Counted from the stretch's first letter, positions 48,901 through 61,814 are shown. The stretch is 64,000 nt of DNA from Geosiphon pyriformis uo1 (GCA_016748015.1 JAAOMT010000181.1:100481-164480); one strand, 5' to 3'. Notes: generated by a model not told the origin, from the letters alone. Numbers and translations are program-made.

Positions 48901-50676
48901 GCAAGCTGTCTTAATCAAAGCAATAGGATGGATATTCATGAGAACACCCTCCCAATCATATGGTTTGGGGATTATTGACACCCAAGCCTCCTTCCAAGGC
49001 CCAGGAATGGATTCACAATCTAAGCAAGAATTCAAAAACACTAAAAGCATATCCAATACCGACCTGTCACAATGTTTCCATAACTCATTTGAGATACCAG
49101 AAAGACCAGCCACTTTTTTATTAGGCAGAAATAAGATAACACCAGACATCTCATCAAAGTCAATTGGGCACATCACATCAGAAAAAATGCTATTAAAAAC
49201 GTACTCCAAAGGCTGATATTGGCAATACCATACACCAGGAACAACAGAAACCACATTTTGCTTTCTAGTTTATCCTTCCATAACCACATCCACCTTGGTT
49301 CTAACCAGATCAGGTTTCAAAACCAATTTATTATCCATGACCAGATGGTTCAAAGACACTTTGCAAAAAGAACATTCCAGCACATTTCTAATAGTATGAC
49401 CTTTGTTCAATTCAAAACTTTTCATCCTCTTATTTATTGCTGATCTAATACTAGATTCCCTAACACATTCTGCCTCTGACATTTTGGAGGAATGATATAA
49501 CTTCTTAACTTTGAACAAAACTGATCGAATAGCATTAAAGAAGAAACCTAACAGAAAAAAAAACTTCACCATGGAAGCATTAACTGAGTCCAAACTCTCT
49601 TACTTGCTAAGCAAAGACATAAATTCCCCAAAAGAGTCTAAATGAGATGCCTTAACTAACTTTGATACCAAGAGCTTCAGCTTGTAAAATTTGGATGACT
49701 CCTTAATAAAAACATGATCATAGTTCTTAAACCATATTTTTCTAAAAACTGCATCAGCAGACGGACATAATACTTTATAGAGAGCAATTCACATTGCATC
49801 TAAGTTTAAGTGCAAACTGGCTACAAGAAAGTTATCATGTAGCATAGCAGCATTTGCTGCTGTATTATCTTTAAATTTGGCCCATTTAACACTATCTGCA
49901 TCTTTGCAATTATACTTCTATCGATCTTTATTTGTCTGTTTGCGAACAAAATTTAAGTGAATATTGAGCAAACCATCCAAACCCACCAATACTGAGACAG
50001 CCTAATGATCAGTATTAAAGTATTCCTCAACACCAAACATGTCATAACTCACTACTGCATTGACCAGATTTGAAGAAATGAGCACATAATTTATTGTCTT
50101 AACAGCACCTTGAGAATTAGACCAAGTTGGCAATTTCCCACAAGAGCTCCCATCCAAGGCATTAACCAAACCAAAATCCAGGCATTTCTTGAAACTTGCA
50201 TACTTATGAGAACTGTCTTCATTAAAATCACCTCCAAGAATAATGAAAGAAGATTTATTGATAGCTTTTGCTATAAGAAAATTGATATTGCCTGCCTGAG
50301 AAAATCAGACCAATGAAGAGGCACCAATGTAAAGCCCCAAAATTGACACAGAAAGATTATTTTTGAAAAGCAACTTGATAGACAGGAGCCAACCAGGCAC
50401 TTCTGAAACTTTACATATATGTTTTGCCAAAGAAGAATTCATGACAACCACAACACTAGCACCCAGATAACCAGAATCTAAACCAGAGGTAAACACTCAC
50501 ACACCATCAAATTTATTGATAATCCAGGAGCAAACTTTCTCTTTCAATTTTGACTCTGTAAAAATAGAAATTAGATTGTTCTTTTCCTTATGCCAATGAA
50601 TAATGTTATTCTGTTTTGCAGGATTGTTCATCCCTCTAACATTACAAGTTGCAACTTTCTAGATTATATCACTCAT
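45988..50676 (-). pseudogene. LINE copy 3 ORF2 (APE-RT-RNase H-CCHC), disrupted
   Basis: KVATCNVRG, ILGGDFNED, IPKPYDWEG, AGAFVDDT, FTDGSL, DSQA, WVKVK.HSGV.GN.HA, CLFCG....DHMFSC. Confidence 0.93.
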
Positions 50677-52511
50677 TAAGAAAGAAGAGGGGTAGAAACT
50701 GAACTAGTATTGTCCATTTTAGCTGAAAGGCTCATAACTGTGATTAAAAGATTGTTCAATGTTTCTTCTAATCTCAAGATAACCATAGAATCAAAAACCA
50801 CTGTTCCCGCAACATTCTCACTACCAGTGGCCCCACCCGAACCCTTACTTATCACTATATCTGCCTCTTGATTTTGTGATGAAAGGGTCACCAATGGCTG
50901 ACATCTAGGGCTAAGCTGGAAAACCATTGGCTCAGGTGTGTTCAACCTTTTAGCCAGCATGTCAACATGCTCTGCAAGACTGGTGAGACTGCATTCAAGA
51001 GCAGCAAACCTATTATTCAATTTCAAAGATACCAACGGGATAGGCTTTATCTTTGAAGAGGAGCCAGCTTTCAATAAGACATTCCGAACAGGAAGAGGAG
51101 AGAAAGAAGACCCACTAGCAATCTGCACCCATAAAACACCACCAAAAGAAACAAAACGAGCAACCAGAGCCAAATGTTTGGCATAAATGGCAGCCAGTCT
51201 GCTTTTATCCGAATTCAAAAAGGTTTTTCACAATGAAGCACCAGAAAAAACACTCTTTTTTCCACCAACAGGACAAGCCAATGATGTATGGCCCAATTTC
51301 TCACATCCAGCATACTTGGCTGAAACAAGATGAGACCAGTGCAGATTAGCCTCTTTCAGTACTGGCATGGTTTCTATAACAGCATTCAATGACTTAGCAG
51401 AGTCAAAACAGACAGTAGTGCATCTGGTCTGGGCATAAAAAACTGGATGACAGTCAATTACACAAGTTTTCTCACCCACTAAAGCAATATAATCCCAAAT
51501 ATCATGTGTATTGGTTTTTATTAGTAGAATGTACAAAAGAGCTTTGTAAACATTGCACACATTCCATAATTTTTTGTCCACATCAGATCTAGCAACATGC
51601 ACAGCATCCTTCCCAATCAAGATAGACCAGTGTGCTGTAACCAAATCAGCATGCTTAACCTGCTCAAATTTAACCATAGCTTTTTGCCACAGCCCCACCA
51701 ATTGCATCTTGATTGACTTAATAATGCTAAATTCGGATAGCACAGTGCATACAGCCTCAGTTAAAGTACCAATCGGAATTTTCTTTAATATTACAGCCCA
51801 ATCTAAACACCTAGATAGTTTTTTGAGATCGGAGTTTACCAAGATCTTCGCCTCTTCAGCCTTTTTAGATGCCTGTGCTAAACTCAATTTGGAAGTAAAC
51901 ATTGCTCTAACAATCCCAGCAAATTTTGAGAGGGTAAAGGCCCCCCCAAAACTATTGATTTTTGAAAACAATTTTCTGACAACCACAAGCTTTTTCTGAG
52001 CAGATTTCCCAACAATATTATTCAAGTTGATATCCAATATGAAAGACTTCCTGACAGAAACATTGACCAAGTTCCTCAAAGGGGGAGGGAGAACCACAGG
52101 TTTGTCCAAAAGTATATCATCAATATCATCACCCAAGAAGTTAATTTTCCCCAGTGGTTTTCCAAGTGCCCTTTTGGTGAAAATTTTCAAACTTTTAGGT
52201 GTTTGCTCAGAGTTCTTTCCAGCAAAAACTCTACTATCTCCATAATCAAAGCTGGTTTCCTCAACTAAACATTCTTTCTTCATGTTTACACTGTCAGATT
52301 CAGTAGTATCACCAGTTTTAGAACCCCAAGAATAACCACTTAATACTTTAGCAGCAGCAAATTTTCTATTACCAATATTATCCTCCAAAGCACCACCTTT
52401 TCTCTTCTTTCTGGACTCAGCAGACTTAACTCCAATATTAAAGCTAGGCTCTATAATAGACTTGTTTAGAACCACAATACTAGGGCCAATGGTGGCCTCA
52501 TAATCAAGCAC
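50676..52511 (-). pseudogene. LINE copy 3 ORF1 (RRM-like + CCHC + coiled coil), disrupted
   Basis: ORFs 51228-52511 (427 aa) and 50676-51218; knuckle (C>Y)AGCEKLGHTSLAC. Confidence 0.9.
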
Positions 52512-53899
52512 AAACAGTTTGGAATTAGCGTACTGAATGATGAAAAGCAGAAAAAACTTCTTTCAGAAAAATTTTTAGGCTCTTTTTTGGGAATTTGAAA
52601 TAAACAAGAGAAAGAAGTTTTTTTTTTCTAATAATATTAAGAATACTTTTAATGTTTTTAATGTTATTATTTCTATAAAATTAAAGTCTATTGGCTTGTA
52701 ATAATATGTTATTGTAAATTTTAAGAACATTTTTTTTGCTGTTGCTACTGTTTTTAATAACTGGTCTGTACTAGTAAAAAAACAATATTCAGATTTTTTT
52801 TTTTAATTAGAAAAAAATTATTATCTTGAAAAATTCTTTTAAGATTAAATTAATTAATCTTTTTTTTAGTTGTACTTTTTTTGAAATTAGTAATATGATT
52901 TTTTAAATTAATAACTATACTTGTTTTATTATTAATGCTTTGCTATTATTACTTTTAAGTTTGATAAAATATTGAGACTTATTATAGTAAAAATTGGTAC
53001 TTTACACAAATTTTGTATTTGATAAGAAATTTTAAGTGCTGTTATTGTTACAAATATCAAAATTTGGATTATTTGTTTGCTGATTACAAAGTGTTTTTAT
53101 TTCTTTTTTCTAAATTGTCTTTCAAGTTTGTTATTGATTTTAAATTTTTTGTATTTTTTTCTATTAATAAAAAATTTTATATTAAAACTTTTGTTTTTTT
53201 GGTTTTTTTTTCTGCTGTTTTTTCGAATTTATTTTTTGCTAATTTTTTAGTTAAGTCCAAATTGGATTTTTTGGAATCTTAAATTTTTAGCTTAATTACT
53301 TTAATAAGCTTTGTTGTTAAGCTTATTAATTCTTTGATTATTTTGGTTATTTGTTTTTTGAATAAACATACTAATAAGACTTTTTAAATAGAAAAAAATT
53401 TGTTTGCTATAAAATTTGCTGCTAATAATTTTTTTAATCTTTTAATTAGTATTTCCAAAAATATTGTATATTTTAAGTCTAAAATTAACTTTAATATAAT
53501 AGATTATAATAAATTATTGGTTGTAGAGTCTTTTTTGTTAAATAAGAATATTATTAAACATATTATTAATTTGTAGTATATATTAGATACTAAAACCAGA
53601 AATAGTATTAAGACTATTAAGCTATTTTTTAGTGAATTTATTTTTAATTTTAGAAATTTAAATAATATTATTAAAAAAATTTATGAACTAAATTTATTTT
53701 TAACTTTTTTTGTTTTAGTATAATATTGTCTTAACTGATTTAAGTGATTGGTTACATATAGAAAATACATAATTTATACTTAATTTAAATTACTTAGTTT
53801 AAATTACTTAGTTTAAATTATTTAGTTTAATATATTGTACTAAGTTGTATTTAGGGCTCATTTATTAAATAAATAAATAAATAATTAAATTATAAAATA

Positions 53900-56430
53900 C
53901 TAAAAATTTTAGTAAAAATATTAGAAATTTTAACAATAAATTAAAAAATATATAAAAATATATATATATATAATATTATTATTAAAAACAAAAAAAAACA
54001 ATTAAGTTTAATTAAATTTTTACCAAGTAATTTTAACAATTAAAAATTTAGTATTTAAAATAAATATTTTTTTAATAAAATTATTATTTTAATTATTTAT
54101 TATTTAATTTTTATGAATTAATATTTATTTTATTAAAATTTATTTACTTATAATTAATACTAAAACAATAGTTTTTAATTATAATTATTAATATATAATT
54201 AAATCTAATATAATTTATATTAAAATAACTCATAATTTATAATAAGTTATAGTATTTTAAATCTACTAATTTAGTAATTAAAGAATTTTTATGTTTATAA
54301 CTTATATCTGTAATACTTAATATAAATTATTATTAATTATATAAGTAATTAAGTTGGAGTTTTAAATTGTTTTAAGTTTTGAATTGTTTTAAGTTTTAAA
54401 TTATTATTAATCTTATAAGTAATTAAGTTAGTTTTAAATTATCATTAATTGTATAAGTAATTAAGTTGGAGTTTTGAATTGTTTTAAGTTCTAAATTATT
54501 ATTAATTATATAAGTAATTAAGTTAGAGCTTTAAATTGTTTTAAGTTTTAAATTATTACTAATCTTATAAATAATCAAGTTGGAGTTTTAAATTGTTTTA
54601 AGTTCTAAATTATTATTGATTATATAAGTAATTAAGTTTTAAATTATTATTAATTGTATAAGTAATCAAATTAAAGTTTCGAATTGTTCTATGTTCTAAA
54701 TTATTATTAATTATATAAGTAATTAAATTAAAGTTTTGAATTGTCTTAGGTTTTAAATTATTATTATTTATATAAGTAATTAAATTAGAGTTTTAAATTG
54801 TTTCAAGTTTTAAATTATTATTGATTGTATAAGTAATTAAGTTGGAGTTTTAAATTTTTTCAAGTTTTAAATTATCATTAATCGTATAAGTAATCAAATT
54901 AGAGTTTCAAATTGTTCTAAGTTCTAAATTATCATTAATTATCTAAGTAATTAAGTTAAAGTTTCGAATTATTCCAAGTTCTAAATTATTATTAATTGTG
55001 TGAATAATCAAATTAGAGTTTCAAATTATTTTAAGTTTTAAATTATTATTAATTATATAAGTAATCAAGTTAGATTTTTGGATTATTCTATCTAATTAAA
55101 GTTTTAATCATACTTTTTTTTTGTCTTTTAATTCTATAATGTCTAATAGCAAAAAGCATGTTATTTTTTTAGCTTGTATTTTGTAAAATTATTGTTATAG
55201 AGATATTTCCTTTAATAATTGTATTATAATTAGTTTTTATAGCTTTAAATTAAATAAAAATACAGGAAATTATCTAATTTAAATATATAAATAAATATAT
55301 TAGTCTTGATTAGTGCTATTCTTGATTTATGTTAAATTTCTATTTAATAAATTACTATTATTTTCTTATTTAAGAATTTGAAAATTTAATTTAGTAAGTT
55401 TTTTCTAATTCCTAATAAGTATTGAATAATTTTCTAATAAATATTTTTTTATTTGATTTAATGTTTTGTGTATTGTTTTTGTCACAATTATTGTTAATAA
55501 CTACTATTATGCTAGTTTTCTAAGAAGAATTCCTATTGTATTTCTATATTTTTAATTGTGTTTTTCCTTAAAATATTTGTAAATATATATTTTTTATATT
55601 GTACTAATACTAAATGTTTGTATTTTTTTGTTTATAATAAAGCAGTATCTTATTTTTAATAATTTTTTAAATTAAATTAAATAAAAAGTAGAATATAGCA
55701 AAGTTAGTATTTGAAAATAATTTTATTAGAAAATATTTTTTTAAAATATAAAGAGATTATTTCAAATTTTTGAATTAACTGTTAATTTTAGCTAAAATAT
55801 TACTACAAGTAAATTTTATGTAATTGCATATAGTTAATATTTTTTTAACATGTCTTTAATTTTGTCAAGCTTAAATTTTATTTATATTTTATTATTGTAT
55901 CAAATATTTTTACTGTTGTTTTTACTAATAAAAAGTAGTAATAAAAAAGTAATAGTTTCTTTTAAATCTTTATTAAAACTTAAATTTATAAAAAAAAAAA
56001 ATTTTCAATTTATTAATTTTATTATTAGTGAGTTTTATAATATAAAGCTAAAAGAGTATACTTTTCAGTTTTTTTTAAAATTATAATTTAATTTCTTTTT
56101 TTTTTCTTTTTATTTTATCTAATTGACTTTTTTTTTTGTTTTTTAATTAGAAAGCTATTATATATGTAAATATTTTAAGTTATTCTAACTAATTAATAAG
56201 TAATTGCTAAGCTATTAGGCTTTCTATTTAATTATAAGTGTTTTTTGGCTTACTTGTTTATAATTATATTAAATTGGGCATATTTGTATATACTTTGTAT
56301 ACTATTGTGTACACATTATGATTTCTAATTTTTTTCATTACTCTGTATTATTTATACTGTTATTTAATAATTAGTTAATATTTTATAATATTATTTTTTT
56401 TTGATTTTTGTTAATTTCTATTAAATAATA
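53900..56430 (-). mobile_element. Unclassified decayed element containing the 57-bp repeat; possibly LTR-type
   Basis: Coding-like strand asymmetry. A TF(T/I)(G/S)(E/K)(D/N) gag-like remnant near 55920. The right end is shared with the repeat at 7996-8235. Confidence 0.3.
54343..55090 (-). repeat. 57-bp tandem repeat, ~13 units
   Basis: Unit aagtaattaagttggagttttgaattgttttaagttctaaattattattaattatat, starting at 54455, 54512, 54569, 54626 (short), 54660, 54717, 54774, 54831, 54888, 54945, 55002, 55059. Confidence 0.92.
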
Positions 56431-58125
56431 TTATAAGAATACTATACTTCATAATAAGTTTATAGTACTTAATTAGTATTATGTAAATAATAAAAACCAA
56501 TCAAAAACTACAAGACACTTTAAAAAAACGGTTTTCTATACATAAAACAGCTTTTAATTTTAACTTGTATCAAAAATAAACCAAATTTTTATGTATAAGC
56601 AAATATATATGTACAGTATGTAATTTTGACTTTAATAAAGTACTTGTTATTTTTGTTTAAAAAGCAAAATTGTATGAAATAACACTTATTGAAAATGTAA
56701 TTTAAGCTACTAATATAAAGTTCTATGATTAATTAAATATTTTAGAAAATAAGCATTAAAAATTATTTAATAACTGGCTTAAAAGCTTCAAAGACTATAT
56801 TAAATTACATTTATTTTATTTTTATAATAATGTATTATTAGTCAATATTAAATATATTGAAAATAAATAAATATATATAATAATACTTCTTGCTAATTAA
56901 AGATTATACAATATTTTTAATATAGATAAAACTATATTATTTTATGCCATATTACCAAATTAAGATTTTGCTACAATATTATATCATGGCATCAAATAAT
57001 TAAAAGTGTAACTAACACTTGTCTTTACAATTAATGCTGATAAAATTAAGTGTTTGTTATTACTTATTATTAATTATACTAAATGTTTATGTTGTTTTTA
57101 AAAAAAACAGAAGAACAACTTGGTTTTTAATATTATTCAAACACTTATACTTAGATAACTGGTAATATTTTTTGGTAGTGACTTGTTGATTGAAACTATT
57201 AACTATAAAAAAACCGAAACATATTGTTATTAGTAGACAATTTTATTGGTTACAATTATAATATGAAATTTATTATAAATATTTATGTAAAATAATTTGT
57301 ATCTAACTTGATAATACATATTTAATCTATAAATATTAGAATTATTTATTGTTTTAAGACATATTATTATTGCTATTTTTATTATTATATATTAGATTTT
57401 TTTAATAATAATGCTGATAATATTTATATAATTAATTAACTTAAAGTATAAAAAAATGTTTCAAATAAAACAATTGTTTATTGCTAATACAAAATTGGCA
57501 TTTTTTTAATCAATACAAATAACAACTTTTAGAATAAAACTATAAACTTGGAAATAATAACTAATTATAATTAAAAAATAATATTAGAAAAGATTAAAGA
57601 TTACTATAAAAAGTTTAATTGCATATAATTAATATATATTTATTAATTAAAGAATTGATAAATCTATCTAAAAAAAATAATATAATTATTTTAAAACATC
57701 TATATAATAATAAATTGCAAGTTATATTGTAACAAATTATAAAACAAAAACATAATAATTCTAATAAAAAATAAGAAATACAAAAAGTAATAAGTATTAA
57801 CTGCTATTATAAATTTTAAATAATTTATAGAGCTTAAAAATAGCAAAAAAATTTATAATACAGTTAATAAGCTTGCTTATGTTAAATGTATACTTTATAA
57901 AAAAATATAGAATAAACAAAAATAAATAATTTTTACAAATTTTTTTAATATTATATAAATTATTTAAAAAATTTTATAAGAATATACAAATAAATTTATT
58001 TTTTAATAATATTATTTTTATTTTTATTATATGTATATTATATACACTTAAACTTAAAAAAACTTATAATTTGTAATAATTTATAGCAGTTTATATTTAT
58101 TAAGAATATAAGTTATCTTAAATTT
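56430..58125 (+). mobile_element. Fossil pogo/Tigger-like DNA transposon (CENP-B HTH + DDE_1 transposase)
   Basis: Decayed motifs in the expected order and spacing: N.WL.SFK (~56769), IFN(M)D(E)T.LFY (~56913), LTL..T.NAD (~57012), A(W)(M)T (~57150), ILLLVDNF (~57222), I(QPMD.G)II (~57320). The TIR candidate 56429-56469/58085-58125 is weak. Confidence 0.72.
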
Positions 58126-60131
58126 GATTATAATACTAATTTTTATTTTTATTTTATTATGTTTGTTTATTTATTAATTTAAAAAAAAGTATTAAGATTA
58201 TAATATTAAAAATTGTTTAATAAAAAATACAGAAATAAAAATAAAATTAAATTATTAAATTACTTACTAAAAAAGTAAAAAACATTAAAATAAACCAGTT
58301 ATCATGTTAAAAAAATTAAATATTAAGTATTATTAATTAGTAATATTAAATTTTTGGTTATTAAACAAAAAATTCAATCAACCAAAACTTTTAATTAATT
58401 AAACTTTTTAGATTTAATTAATAAATTAAAAACATTAAATTATAGATTAATATATTATTTAATTATTTATAATATTTAATATTTCTTATAAAATTTAATC
58501 CACAAAAAACAAAAACATTATTAAATTTAATTAAAAAAAGTAACAAAATTAGAATTTACAAAAACCAATTATTTAAAGTTTGTAAAATCATTTTACAAAT
58601 AGTTTTAAATAGATTTAAATTTAATTATTAACTATTTTTTAATAGACTTAATATTTAATTTCTATATTAACAAAAAAATTAAATAAAATTTGTTGTTAAA
58701 ATAAGCAAAATTAAAGTTTAGACTGATTTAATTTTTTATTTAGCTATTAATAATTACTAAATTACAACTTAGTATATTTTATTAATAATAATAAAACTAT
58801 GACTATTTTTATAAATTAAGAGACTTAATTTGTTTTTTTAAATATTAGCAAATTATTAATTTTAATAGTTAAAAAAAATAAATTTTATAAATAATTAATG
58901 TTTTTTTTGTTAATAAAAAGTTTTTTAAAATCTAATTTAATTTTTTTTACTTGGTTTTTGCAATTTTTTAGTCTATTATTAATAAAATTGTTTATTATCT
59001 GTTTTTTTATAATTTAAAATCATTTAAACAAATTTAAGTTAAAAATAAAATTGTTTTTATAATATAGTTTTTAAATAAAAAAAGTGTTTTGAACAGGTTT
59101 TTTAATCTTAAAATTTAAAATAATGTTTTTATATTATAATTTTTTTTTATAAATATTTACAAATTAATTAATTTTAATATTATTAATTTTATTTAAAAAA
59201 TATAAAAGTAAGTATTATAAAAATATTTACTAATAAATATAATTTTAATATTATATAAAATAATTGTATTTTTTTTATGTTTAAGCTTAAAAATTGGTAT
59301 TCAAATTTTGAATATAGTATTATTAATTTTGATTAAACTTTAAGCTATTGTATTAGTTTTAAAATATCTTTTTTTTTCAATTGTATAATTATTAATTCTA
59401 ATAATTAAGCTGTTTTAAATACTTATATGTTATTATAAATTTGTTTTTTTAATATATTAATTGTTAATATATCTGTTTTATTTGCAATCAATTTTTTATA
59501 AATTTTTTAATTTTATTTGTATAATAATATTAATATTATACTAAAAATTTTTTTTTTAATATTACAATATAAATTATTTTTTAATTGTTGTATATATTTA
59601 TTTATTTACTTTTTTTTAAAGATTAATCTAAAATTTATTTATAATAATAAAATCTTTTTTAAAATTATTTTTACATGTGCTTAATGTATTTTTTTAATAT
59701 CTTAATCTAATATTTGTTGCTATTACAAAATAGTATTTATTACTATTATAAATTAGTATTTATTGTTATATCAATTATTATCTTTTTAAAATTATTATTA
59801 TATTATATTATTTATATAAAAAAGTTTAAATATTACTTAATTTAAAATTTAAAATTATTTAAGTATTTTTAAAAATAATTGTGTTGATGTTATAATTAAT
59901 AAAAACTTTTAAATTATATAATAAAATTACAAATACTAAAATACAAAATATAACTTAATATATTTATTTATAATACTATTTAACAAAATTTTCAAAATTT
60001 TTTTTTTTTTAATAATAATTTTAATTCAAACAATAAATTATATATTAATTAAATTATATTTTTACTTATATAACTTAGAAATTATAAAAATTTTAAACAT
60101 ATTTTTTTTTTATTCAAATAAATAAATTAAA

Positions 60132-60134
<3 letters not shown>

Positions 60135-60183
<49 letters not shown>

Positions 60184-60197
60184 GTTATTATTATTAG
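60135..60197. repeat. (ATT)n microsatellite
   Basis: Direct reading. Confidence 0.9.
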
Positions 60198-60365
60198 TTG
60201 TATAATTTTACCAAATTTATAATTAAAAATCTGTTTTAATTTTAATTTTTTCGGTTTTTTAGTTTTTTTGATTTTTTTTTTAAATTTATGCCAAATTGTA
60301 ATTTTCTATGCTATTTTTTTTTCATGTATTACTAATTTACCAGAAAATCTATTGTTCTTGGAACA

Positions 60366-60389
60366 CAACAAAAACAACAACAAAAACAA

Positions 60390-60433
<44 letters not shown>

Positions 60434-60545
60434 TCAACATCAACATCAACATCAACATCAACATCAACATCAACATCAACATCAACATCAACATCAACAT
60501 CAACATTATCATCAACATCAACATCAACATTATCATCATCATCAA
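60366..60545. repeat. Compound (AAC)n-(AACATC)n-(ATC)n microsatellite
   Basis: Direct reading; it generates the low-complexity ORFs at 60268-60568. Confidence 0.92.
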
Positions 60546-60977
60546 TTTTACTAACTCTTATTAAATAAACATTTCGGTAAATGTACCTATTATCTTTTCT
60601 TTACAAAATAAATGTGAATAAAACAAATTTTTTATTTTTTCGGAAATTTATGAAAAAAAAGTAAAAAAGTAGAAAAAAAATACGAACCAAGTAATCGACG
60701 ATTTTTTATTGAAGGTAATCATTATTGGGAAAAAGAAACAGCAAACAGCAATAAAAATAACAATAACAATAACAATAACATATTTTCCTATAGATCGACT
60801 TTAAGAATGAACATATTTTCGAAACTTATTTAAAAAATAAAATAAAAAAATAAAAAATAGATACACAATTGACTTTTATTATTATTATTATTATTATTAT
60901 TATAATTATTATTCTTTTTTGAACAAAATTTCCAATTGGTACTTTGAACTAATAATGGTAATTTCATTCTATTTATT

Positions 60978-61112
60978 CACTATACTCTACTCTATTCTAC
61001 TCTAATCTATTCTACTCTACTCCACTCTACTCTACTCTACTCTACTCTACTCTACTCTACTCTACTCTACTATACTATACTCTACTCTACTCTATTCTTC
61101 TCTACTCTACTC
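60978..61112. repeat. (CTACT)n pentanucleotide microsatellite
   Basis: Direct reading. Confidence 0.92.
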
Positions 61113-61772
61113 TTTAATCTATTTTTATATTGAATAGTATTTTTATCAAGTTACAAAAAATAAAATAGAAATTATTGAGCGAAATTAAAAATTTGAAAAT
61201 TTTAGTGGATGATGTTAATAAGGGGTATTGATTTACACAATTTTCACTTGAAAAATAAAGTTTCTTGACGCCAAAGTGGTCATCAATTGGTTTAATGATT
61301 ATATGAGCACAACATAACGTTCTCCTTTTTGAAATTGAACTTTATTTTTTTACTGTGCAGAGAGACATTTTTCTTTGTGTCATATTGAATGGCTAATTTC
61401 AGAGGAAAAACCACCTTTTTTAGGGAAACGTTGAAAGAAATGGTCACATTAGAAAGTTTTCAAACTTTTAATTGGGAGAGGTGTGATGATCAGAAATTGC
61501 CAAAAAAAAAAAAAGATTTCTGATTTGATATGTCTCTACAAAAAGTAAAAATTCCTAAAAAAAATTTCGGGGTTTTGATAAAATAAAAACAATGAATCCG
61601 TTTCCTTTTCAGTGAAAGAAGAATTGGGTATAAAAAAAAAAAGATGAAACGGCGGGGGAGTGGGAAAATATTTTTTGTTTTACTAATACTACTATTATTA
61701 CTACTATTACTATTGCTGTTACAATTGCTATTATCATTGCTATTACTATTTTTTATTACTATTTTTTATTAC

Positions 61773-61814
<42 letters not shown>

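Larger units (their letters stand above)
45855..52623 (-). mobile_element. LINE family A copy 3, full length (~6.77 kb), uninterrupted
   Basis: 5' inverted repeat 52551-52623, ORF1, TAATG junction, ORF2, 3' UTR, poly(A) 45855-45865. Degenerate 12-bp TSD TTTTTTAAAAAT (45843-45854) / TTTTCTAATAAT (52624-52635). Confidence 0.95.
45671..53885 (+). mobile_element. ORF1-only non-LTR element (family C), decayed: 45671-45854 + 52624-53885, split by LINE copy 3
   Basis: ORF1-like remnants continue across the LINE (NIKLF.V.F..; VKLK..GL..Y..V.F; NWSVLV.K; CY.YQ.LD.L.AD.K knuckle at ~53040-53090). Stop at ~53721 is followed directly by a homolog of the LINE 3' UTR and (TAAA)n. Confidence 0.65.

Noticed and set aside
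46561-52245. Many + strand ORFs of 60-160 aa
   Set aside because: They are antisense shadows of LINE copy 3 ORFs.
15975-52511. Alternative genetic code or programmed readthrough to explain the stops
   Set aside because: Stop positions differ between copies, involve all three stop codons and come with frameshifts, so this is mutational decay. The RH/IN stop is the exception.
54343-55090. CRISPR array
   Set aside because: Contiguous degenerate units without spacers, no cas genes, eukaryotic context.
58130-60100. Possible further decayed transposons
   Set aside because: No motif could be reconstructed with confidence.
60268-60568. ORFs with poly-N/NI, ML and TS repeats
   Set aside because: They are translations of a compound microsatellite in several frames.
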